Below are positions 57,098 to 64,000 of a stretch of DNA of 64,000 bases, one piece after another. A program made the position numbers and the translations under genes. The DNA comes from an uncultured Desulfarculus sp. (lineage in GTDB: Bacteria; Desulfobacterota; Desulfarculia; Desulfarculales; Desulfarculaceae): assembly GCA_963665125.2 (NCBI GenBank), contig CAXXUK010000001.1:2432001-2496000 (forward strand). Reading direction: 5' to 3'. Under the pieces are notes generated by a model that worked only from the letters and a program-made list of their open reading frames with translations, made no database searches and had not been told where the DNA came from. Position 1 is the stretch's first letter; each line of letters begins with the position of its first letter.

Positions 57098-60000
57098 CTA
57101 CATGCCCCGGCGGTACATGCCTCCCACATCGTAGAGGGCCTTGGTGATCTGGCCCAGGGAGCAAGAACGCACCGTGCTCATCAGCTCTCCGAAGACGTTG
57201 CCGCCTTCCAGGGCCGCCTTTTGCAGGCTCTTCAGGGCCTGGGGAGCCTCTTCGGCGTGGGTCTGGTGGAACTTGTTCAGACGATCGAGCTGGCTGCGCT
57301 TTTCGTCCTCGGTGGCCCGGGCCAGTTCTAGTTCACACTGGGCCTCCTCATAGTTCGCGTTTGGATTGAGGAAGGTGTTGACGCCGATGATTGGCAACTC
57401 GCCGGTGTGCTTGAGCGTCTCGTAATAGATGCTCTCGTCCTGGATCTTGGAGCGCTGATAGCCGGTCTCCATGGCTCCCAATACGCCGCCCCTGGCCGTG
57501 ATGCGGTCGAATTCGGCCAGCACGGCCTCCTCCACCAGGTCGGTCAACTCGTTGACGATGAACGCGCCTTGCAGCGGGTTTTCGTTCTTGGCCAGGCCCC
57601 ACTCGCGGTTGATGATCATCTGGATGGCCAGGGCCCGGCGCACCGATTCCTCGGTAGGCGTGGTGATGGCCTCGTCATAGGCGTTGGTGTGCAGGCTGTT
57701 GCAGTTGTCGTAGATGGCGCACAGGGCCTGCAGGGTGGTGCGGATATCGTTGAACTGGATTTCCTGGCTGTGCAGCGAGCGGCCCGAGGTCTGAATATGA
57801 TACTTGAGCATCTGGCTGCGGGTGTTGCCCTTGTACAGGTTGCGCATGGCCACCGACCAGATGCGCCGGGCCACCCGGCCGATCACCGTGTATTCCGGGT
57901 CCATGCCGTTGCTGAAGAAATAGCTCAGGTTGGGCGCGAAGTCGTCTATGCTCATGCCCCGGCTGAGGTAGTACTCCACATAAGTAAAGCCGTTGGCCAG
58001 GGTCAGGGCCGTCTGGGTGATGGGATTGGCCCCTGCCTCGGCAATGTGGTAGCCGCTGATGGACACGCTATAGAAATTGCGCACGTCGTTGTTGATGAAA
58101 AACTGCTGAATGTCGCCCATCATGCGCAGGGCGAAATCGACGCTAAAGATGCAGGTGTTCTGACCCTGGTCTTCCTTGAGGATGTCGGCCTGCACCGTGC
58201 CGCGCACTGTCTGCAGCACATGTTCTCTTATGCGCTCCAGTTCCTCGACGTCGGGCCGGCGGCCCTGATCCGCCTCGAATTTGGCAACCTGCTGATCCAG
58301 GGCCGTATTGAAGAAAAAGGCCAGCATGATCGGGGCCGGGCCGTTGACGGTCATGCTCACGCTGGTGCCCGGATCGCAAAGGTCGAATCCGTCGTAGAGG
58401 ACCTTCATGTCCTCCAGGGTGCAGATGCTCACCCCGCTGGTGCCGACCTTGCCGTAGATGTCGGGGCGCAGGTCCGGGTCCCAGCCGTAGAGGGTCACCG
58501 AGTCGAAGGCCGTGCTCAAGCGGGCCGCCTTGGCGTCGCGGCTCAGGAGCTTGAAGCGGCGGTTGGTGCGGAACGGGTCGCCCTCGCCGGCGAACATGCG
58601 GGTGGGGTCTTCGTCGGTGCGCTTGAAGGGGAACACCCCGGCGGTGAAGGGGAAGCTGCCGGGCACGTTTTCCGAGCGCATCCAGGTATAGACCTCGGCA
58701 GGGTCCTCCCATTTGGGCAGGCAAACCTTGGGGATGTCCAGGCCGCACAGCGAACGGGTGGTCAGCGGCACGCTGAACTGCTTGTCCCTAACCTTGTATT
58801 TGTATTCGCGGCCCGAATAGGCCTTTTGCATTTCCGGCCATTGGGCCAAAAGCTTATGGGTGTTGTCGGTGTAGCCTTCCTCGATATCGTGCACTTCGGC
58901 CCGCATGGCGTCCAGGACCGTCTTGTAGCCCTTTTTGCCCTTGTATTTCTTGGCCATGTAGTCGTGGGCGTTCTTGAGCTGCCAGATCTGGCGCACCTTG
59001 GCGGCCTGTTTTTTGGTCTGTTTGTGATAGGACCGCACCGCGTCGGCGATATCCGACAGATAGCGCTCCCTGTGGGGCGGCACGATAATGGTCTTGTCCT
59101 CGCTGTAGGCCTCCTTGGGCTTTTGGCGCTGGGATTCGAACTTAACGCCGGTCTTTTCGGCGATCTTGTCCAGCAGACCCAGATACAGCGAAGTGACGCC
59201 CTCGTCGTTGAACTTGGCGGCAATGGTGCCGTAGACGGGCATCTTATCCGGGTCCACATGCCATAGGCCCTGGTTGCGCTGCATCTGCTTGCGTACGTCG
59301 CGCAGGGCGTCCTCGGCCCCCCGGCGGTCGAATTTGTTGATGGCCACCAGATCGGCGAAGTCGAGCATGTCGATCTTTTCCAGCTGGGAGGCCGCGCCGA
59401 ATTCGCAGGTCATCACATACAGGCTCAGGTCCACGTGATCGACCACGGCGGCGTCGCCCTGGCCGATGCCCGCCGTCTCGACAATGACCAGGTCAAACCC
59501 GGCGGCCGCGGCCACCTTGGTCACCCCGTCCAGGCCCCGGCTGATCTCCAGGCCGCTGCCTCTGGTGGCCAGTGAGCGCAGATGGATGCGGTCGGACTCG
59601 AGGCTGTTGAGACGGATGCGGTCGCCCAACAGGGCGCCGCCGCTCTTGCGCCGGGTGGGGTCCACGCTGATGACGGCCACCCGCTTGTCCGGGAAATCGC
59701 CCAGGAAACGAATAAGAAGTTCGTCGGTGAGGCTGCTCTTGCCCGCGCCGCCCGTGCCGGTGATGCCAAGCACCGGGGCCTTTTTACCGCCGCCATTGGC
59801 GCCGAGCACCTTGTACCAGCCGTCAAGTTCGCGGCCGGCCAGGGCCTCGCGCTCCACCAGGGTCATGGCCCGGGAAACGCGCATGGTCTCTTCCGGCCTC
59901 AGATTCTGGAAGTCGGCCGGACTCTGGCCGTCGCCCAGGGCATAGTCCACGCTGGAGACCAGGTGGTTGATCATGCCCTGGAGGCCCATCAGACGGCCGT

Positions 60001-60379
60001 CTTCGGGCGAATAGATCTTGGCCACGCCATAGGCTTCCAGTTCCTTGATCTCGTCGGGCACGATAACCCCGCCGCCGCCGCCGAAAACCTTGATGTGGCC
60101 AGCGTCGCGCTCCCTGAGCAGATCGACGATGTACTTGAAGAACTCCACGTGGCCGCCCTGGTAGCAGCTGGCGCACACGGCATGGGCGTCTTCCTGGATG
60201 GCCGCGTCGACGATGTCCTGCACCGAGCGGTTGTGGCCCAGGTGGATCACCTCGGCGCCGGTGCCCTGCAGGATGCGCCTGATGATATTGATGGCCGCGT
60301 CGTGGCCGTCAAAAAGCGATGCCGCCGTTACAGTGCGAACCGGGTTCTTGGGTACATACGGTTTGGTTTCTATGGTCAT
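57098..60379 (-). CDS. icmF: Fused isobutyryl-CoA mutase / MeaI GTPase
   Basis: B12 domain ([13 protein letters not shown]), MeaB-like GTPase ([16 protein letters not shown]), mutase barrel ([30 protein letters not shown]). Confidence 0.95.
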   Translation of the reverse strand: MTIETKPYVPKNPVRTVTAASLFDGHDAAINIIRRILQGTGAEVIHLGHNRSVQDIVDAAIQEDAHAVCASCYQGGHVEFFKYIVDLLRERDAGHIKVFGGGGGVIVPDEIKELEAYGVAKIYSPEDGRLMGLQGMINHLVSSVDYALGDGQSPADFQNLRPEETMRVSRAMTLVEREALAGRELDGWYKVLGANGGGKKAPVLGITGTGGAGKSSLTDELLIRFLGDFPDKRVAVISVDPTRRKSGGALLGDRIRLNSLESDRIHLRSLATRGSGLEISRGLDGVTKVAAAAGFDLVIVETAGIGQGDAAVVDHVDLSLYVMTCEFGAASQLEKIDMLDFADLVAINKFDRRGAEDALRDVRKQMQRNQGLWHVDPDKMPVYGTIAAKFNDEGVTSLYLGLLDKIAEKTGVKFESQRQKPKEAYSEDKTIIVPPHRERYLSDIADAVRSYHKQTKKQAAKVRQIWQLKNAHDYMAKKYKGKKGYKTVLDAMRAEVHDIEEGYTDNTHKLLAQWPEMQKAYSGREYKYKVRDKQFSVPLTTRSLCGLDIPKVCLPKWEDPAEVYTWMRSENVPGSFPFTAGVFPFKRTDEDPTRMFAGEGDPFRTNRRFKLLSRDAKAARLSTAFDSVTLYGWDPDLRPDIYGKVGTSGVSICTLEDMKVLYDGFDLCDPGTSVSMTVNGPAPIMLAFFFNTALDQQVAKFEADQGRRPDVEELERIREHVLQTVRGTVQADILKEDQGQNTCIFSVDFALRMMGDIQQFFINNDVRNFYSVSISGYHIAEAGANPITQTALTLANGFTYVEYYLSRGMSIDDFAPNLSYFFSNGMDPEYTVIGRVARRIWSVAMRNLYKGNTRSQMLKYHIQTSGRSLHSQEIQFNDIRTTLQALCAIYDNCNSLHTNAYDEAITTPTEESVRRALAIQMIINREWGLAKNENPLQGAFIVNELTDLVEEAVLAEFDRITARGGVLGAMETGYQRSKIQDESIYYETLKHTGELPIIGVNTFLNPNANYEEAQCELELARATEDEKRSQLDRLNKFHQTHAEEAPQALKSLQKAALEGGNVFGELMSTVRSCSLGQITKALYDVGGMYRRGM

Positions 60380-60405
60380 GGCTAACCCCCGCCTTATGGG
60401 GAAAA

Positions 60406-61044
60406 TCAAACAAGCTGGCCCATGATCAGGGCCGTTTGGTCTTCGATATATTTTTGCAGGCCGATTTTGGCCAAAGCCCAGCGCCGGAAGGCCCACATGT
60501 GGCCGATTATCATGATGTTATGAGCCATCAGCTCCAGTTCGCCCCTGTTCAGAGGGCGCAGGGAGTAATCCTCCACGCCGCGTTGCAACAGGCCGGTGAA
60601 CATGGCGGTGATGCGCAGTTCATGATCCAGCACATAGCGCATGGCATCCTTGGCCAGGCTTTTTGTTTCCTGGTAAATGAGCGTGATGTGCGGGCCCATT
60701 TGGTCGCAAACGGAGATATAGGCCCCTATGGCCGCGTCAAGGACCCTGGCCCCGGCCCCGCTGAGGGCGATCTGGGGTTTGAGGCTGTCTTCCATTTCCT
60801 GGTGGATGGCCTCGCAGACCAGATACAGCACGTCTTCCTTGTTTTGCACGTATTCGTAGAGCGAACCGATGGAAATGCCCGCGGCCTTGGCCATCTCCCT
60901 GGTGGTGGTCTTGTGGAAGCCTTTTTCGATGAACATGCCCACCGCCGCGTCGGCTATCTGCCGCCGCCGCTTGGCCACCAGGTTCTGGTCCTTGACCACG
61001 GTGGGTATTTTGCGGGCAATGTTTTGTTTGCCTGTTGAGGACAT
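60406..61044 (-). CDS. TetR-family transcriptional regulator
   Basis: RRQIADAA...[29 protein letters not shown]; directly upstream of icmF. Confidence 0.92.
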   Translation of the reverse strand: MSSTGKQNIARKIPTVVKDQNLVAKRRRQIADAAVGMFIEKGFHKTTTREMAKAAGISIGSLYEYVQNKEDVLYLVCEAIHQEMEDSLKPQIALSGAGARVLDAAIGAYISVCDQMGPHITLIYQETKSLAKDAMRYVLDHELRITAMFTGLLQRGVEDYSLRPLNRGELELMAHNIMIIGHMWAFRRWALAKIGLQKYIEDQTALIMGQLV

Positions 61045-61083
61045 TGTGCTATTCTGCCGCCTTCAATTGAGGGACACCTCCGA

Positions 61084-61133
61084 CTGAGCGCTCGCTCAGG
61101 TTCAATTTAACAAGATATTGTTCAGGTTGTCAA
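61084..61133 (-). promoter_or_regulatory. Promoter of tetR-icmF with a palindromic operator
   Basis: TTGACA-N17-TTAAAT followed by the palindrome CTGAGCG-N2-CGCTCAG (61084-61099). Confidence 0.65.
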
Positions 61134-61270
61134 GGACTCCTTTTCAACATCAGAACAGCACAGAGCCCTGACATATTAATAAGCTCAATTAACTCCCGAT
61201 CATATTATCCTTGTTTTTGCTCCCTTTATATGAATACATATTAACAATTAGTCAGAGAGGGAGGGCAAAT

Positions 61271-61687
61271 ATGCTCAAAAAAGCCATGGTGCTTCTAATA
61301 ATCGTGGGCCTGGCGGTCATCGCCGCGGCGGCCTATGCCCAGCAACAGAGCAAACCCTGCCCCTGGACAATATCCAAAATCGCCGCAGGCAAATGGGGCA
61401 ACGGCAACCACAAGGCGGGGCTATGGGCCAAGGGATCGTTTCCCATCAACATCCCCGGCGTAACCGAGCGGCCCGATTGGTATGTCAACGGCACCAACGT
61501 CGGCAAGTCCCAGATACAATTCGACACGCGGTTCATCCCCAACAGTTCGGGCCTGCTTAAGCCGGGGACCAACACCGTCAAGGTGCAGTTCAACAAGCCG
61601 CCCTACAACGGCGCATCCCACAGCATTACCTTTGACAACTTCAACTGGGATGACGTACCGCCCGGAGGGTACAAGTGGTATAGGTAG
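61271..61687 (+). CDS. Secreted hypothetical protein (beta-rich)
   Basis: GGAGG RBS; signal peptide ending AYA; LLKPGTNTVKVQF strand motif. Confidence 0.7.
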   Translation: MLKKAMVLLIIVGLAVIAAAAYAQQQSKPCPWTISKIAAGKWGNGNHKAGLWAKGSFPINIPGVTERPDWYVNGTNVGKSQIQFDTRFIPNSSGLLKPGTNTVKVQFNKPPYNGASHSITFDNFNWDDVPPGGYKWYR

Positions 61688-61717
61688 AACCCGTCTGATA
61701 ATCGCGCATCTTCAACA

Positions 61718-61759
61718 CAAAAAGGCAACACCGCGTATTCAACGGTGCCGCCTTTTTTA
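61718..61759. terminator. Bidirectional terminator
   Basis: AAAAAGGC..CACCG...CGGTG..GCCTTTTTT between convergent genes. Confidence 0.6.
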
Positions 61760-61777
61760 TGGGACTATCTACAAAAC

Positions 61778-63631
61778 CTAGAAACTGGCCATGACCCACA
61801 ACAACACTGACTGGACGTTGGCGTTCTGGGAATAGTCGCCGGTGTAGGCCAGTTCCAAAGCCGCGCCCCAAGGCAACGGGCAGTTGATTTGCAAATCAAC
61901 AGCCAGGCCGTCGTGGTCTGAATCAGGGCCATCCAGGTTGCGCGTCGTTCCGGCGAGTTCGGCGGTGGACTCTGTCCGGGTGTCCAGGTATTCGTGACGC
62001 CAGCCGGCGGTAAGCTGAAGCTGTACATCTTTGACCGATGCGGCCAGTGTGGCACCCAGCAGATGCCGCAGGCTATTGTAATCATCCAATTCCAGGCGCG
62101 AGTTCAGCAAATCAGCGTCGTTTTCATTGGCGCTCACACCGTCTACCCGCACCCAATTCATATTAAACAGAGGCGTCAGGGTGATGCCCTCGGCCAAGCA
62201 GAAATCATGGCCGGCCTCGCCCCAGGCGGCCCATGACTCGGTGTCATAGTCGGCCCGGGCCGTTGCGCCGGTCATCCAAAGGGGCCGGTTTGCGTTGTTG
62301 TCGTCGCGGCTGTATCTGGCCCCGCCTTGAGCCCGCCAGTTGTCCTTGGCAAATCCGGCATATGGGGTTATGCCCATGCCCTTGACGTTGGAGTCTCCGC
62401 CCCCGCTTTCCAGGTCGGCGTCCGCCTCATGAATATCTAGATTCAGCCCCGCAGTAAAGGACGAACCAAAACGGCACTGAAAGCCGACATCCGTTCCGTA
62501 GGCCTTCCAGTCAAAGCCCGAGGCCATGGCCTCACCGCTCTGGCTGCCCCAGCCGTAATATGGCGTGGCGTAGATTTGATTCGCGTCCTGAGCGTCAAGC
62601 GCCGGCCGGCTCCGACGCAGGCGCAGCGAAGCACGCTTCATGGCCTCCTGGGCCAAAATACGGTTTAGCTGAATCGACGCCGCGGCGGCCTGGGGCAGCA
62701 TCTGCTTGGGATAATAATAGTCGCCCATGGAGCCCAAGACCTCCTGGGCAAACAGGCGCTGGGCCTTGGTGCTGGCATGGACATCCCACCACAAATAATT
62801 GTCGGCATCGGGCCTGGCTTGGCCGGTTGCCTCGTCAAAACCGGTGCCCGTGACGTTGGTGAATCCGTATTTGCCTGGGTTGGCTATAATCTTGCGGGTC
62901 ATGGCGCCGATATCCGGAACAATGACCACCGAGTCGGGATGCTCGGCCTTGAATTCTGCTATGGCCTTTTCCATTTCAGCCTGGTATGCCGCAACCCATG
63001 TTGCGACAATAAGGGTTGGGTCATTGGGGAAGATATCGGGGGCATATTCCACAGCCACCAACGTGGGCACCACAAATTGCCGGGCGCCGCTGTCGTATAG
63101 TTTTTGCAGATTATTCTTCAGATCCGCAGCCACCGCTGCCGGGTCGGCGAGTTCACCCGTAGTCGCTATCTTCAGGGCATCGTTATGCCCCGCGAACAGG
63201 AACACAACTTCATCGGCTGAAAAGGCGCCACCCTGAGCCGTGTATTCGTCGATCACGCTGCCCACGTTGGGAACATAAAATTCAAAGGGCAACTCAGGAA
63301 CCAAGGCGGCGCCCTGGCCCATCAGCGCCCCGCCAAAGGCATAATCAGCCCCGCCCCGCAAAGAGGCCTCGTTGCCCCGGCCGAAAGCGGAAGCAACGTA
63401 ATCGGCCCAGTTGGGTCCGTTGGTCAGGCGGCCGTTGGTTATCGAAGGGACATCAGACGGGACCAGTCCGGGTATCGACTTGAGCAACAAGGCCAGAACA
63501 TTTCCGTTATCGGTGCTGCTGTCGCCCCAAAAGCTCAGGTTTCCAAAGCTTTGGGCCGATGCTGGAATTGTTTCTATTAGTAAAAGTAATAAGGCCGAAA
63601 TCAAGAAAATACACTTGGCGTAGCGCTGCAT
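61778..63631 (-). CDS. GDSL/SGNH-hydrolase autotransporter (EstA-like)
   Basis: Signal peptide, WGDSSTDNGN, TNGPNW, YAFGGA, AGHND, C-terminal beta-barrel ending in Phe. Confidence 0.88.
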   Translation of the reverse strand: MQRYAKCIFLISALLLLLIETIPASAQSFGNLSFWGDSSTDNGNVLALLLKSIPGLVPSDVPSITNGRLTNGPNWADYVASAFGRGNEASLRGGADYAFGGALMGQGAALVPELPFEFYVPNVGSVIDEYTAQGGAFSADEVVFLFAGHNDALKIATTGELADPAAVAADLKNNLQKLYDSGARQFVVPTLVAVEYAPDIFPNDPTLIVATWVAAYQAEMEKAIAEFKAEHPDSVVIVPDIGAMTRKIIANPGKYGFTNVTGTGFDEATGQARPDADNYLWWDVHASTKAQRLFAQEVLGSMGDYYYPKQMLPQAAAASIQLNRILAQEAMKRASLRLRRSRPALDAQDANQIYATPYYGWGSQSGEAMASGFDWKAYGTDVGFQCRFGSSFTAGLNLDIHEADADLESGGGDSNVKGMGITPYAGFAKDNWRAQGGARYSRDDNNANRPLWMTGATARADYDTESWAAWGEAGHDFCLAEGITLTPLFNMNWVRVDGVSANENDADLLNSRLELDDYNSLRHLLGATLAASVKDVQLQLTAGWRHEYLDTRTESTAELAGTTRNLDGPDSDHDGLAVDLQINCPLPWGAALELAYTGDYSQNANVQSVLLWVMASF

Positions 63632-64000
63632 AGGCAGGTCCCCCTTTTTAATTATGGTGTCCGAACAGCGGCTCGGAGCTTACCCCCGTTCCAAGCCTGT
63701 TGACGCCGGTGATAAATTGTAATCAGTATTCATCGCTCGTGGGAACCTAGCATTTTAGTTTTGCTGACATCAAGCATTAGCTTGGCTGTTGGCCCGGTCA
63801 TCCATAACCTGCGGCATCACAATCTCCAATTTCTCTTGGGGCGATGTATCCAACCGCGTCCATAAATGGTATAGGAACTTAAAGTCGATTGGCCTGTTCG
63901 CAGGGCGGCAATTGATGCGGCAGCGCAGCCCGTATTGCCTTGTTTTCATGTGCCGTTTACCGGTGGCCCACGCTTGCCGACATCGCCACTGGCGGCTAGA

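Noticed and set aside
57407..59266. Long + strand ORF (619 aa) and similar ones such as 3712-4944, 11121-12539, 44876-46240 and 51309-52622
   Set aside because: Antisense shadows of well-supported genes, expected in high-GC DNA; no recognisable motifs.
1..64000. CRISPR array, rRNA, IS element, integrase or prophage
   Set aside because: No regularly spaced direct repeats and no cas, transposase, integrase or phage-like ORFs seen; intergenic gaps are short.
63632..64000. Gene or ncRNA in the terminal 370 bp
   Set aside because: No ORF of convincing length and no recognisable RNA motif; context is cut by the window edge.

Overview
GC-rich (sampled lines ~60%) bacterial chromosome segment whose gene content and order suggest a Desulfobacterota (deltaproteobacterial, possibly Desulfarculaceae-like) anaerobe; the taxon is an inference. 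Positions 1-30 kb are mostly minus-strand core genes: tRNA-Val(GAC)-thrS-infC-rpmI-rplT-pheS-pheT-MerR (ihfA absent from its usual slot), mutL-miaA, rplM-rpsI-argC-truA, hemC-cobA/hemD-UvrD-folC-lptD, gmhA, der and an AmgK/MurU/NagZ-like peptidoglycan-recycling cluster. Positions 32-64 kb are accessory or metabolic: a sigma28-type FliD-like gene, a cNMP-CBS-nucleotidyltransferase / pentapeptide-ion-channel / DEDDh exonuclease trio followed by M14 peptidase-APC permease-GMC oxidoreductase, acyl-CoA metabolism genes (two CoA ligases, thioesterase, carboxyltransferase, TetR-icmF), a TonB receptor behind an attenuator-like leader, a photolyase, a low-GC SRA-like/HNH nuclease and a GDSL autotransporter. 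I saw no CRISPR array, rRNA, integrase or transposase. The best candidate for an undescribed system is the nucleotidyltransferase / channel / exonuclease trio at 37.5-41.3 kb. All calls come from reading motifs by eye; no database searches were run.
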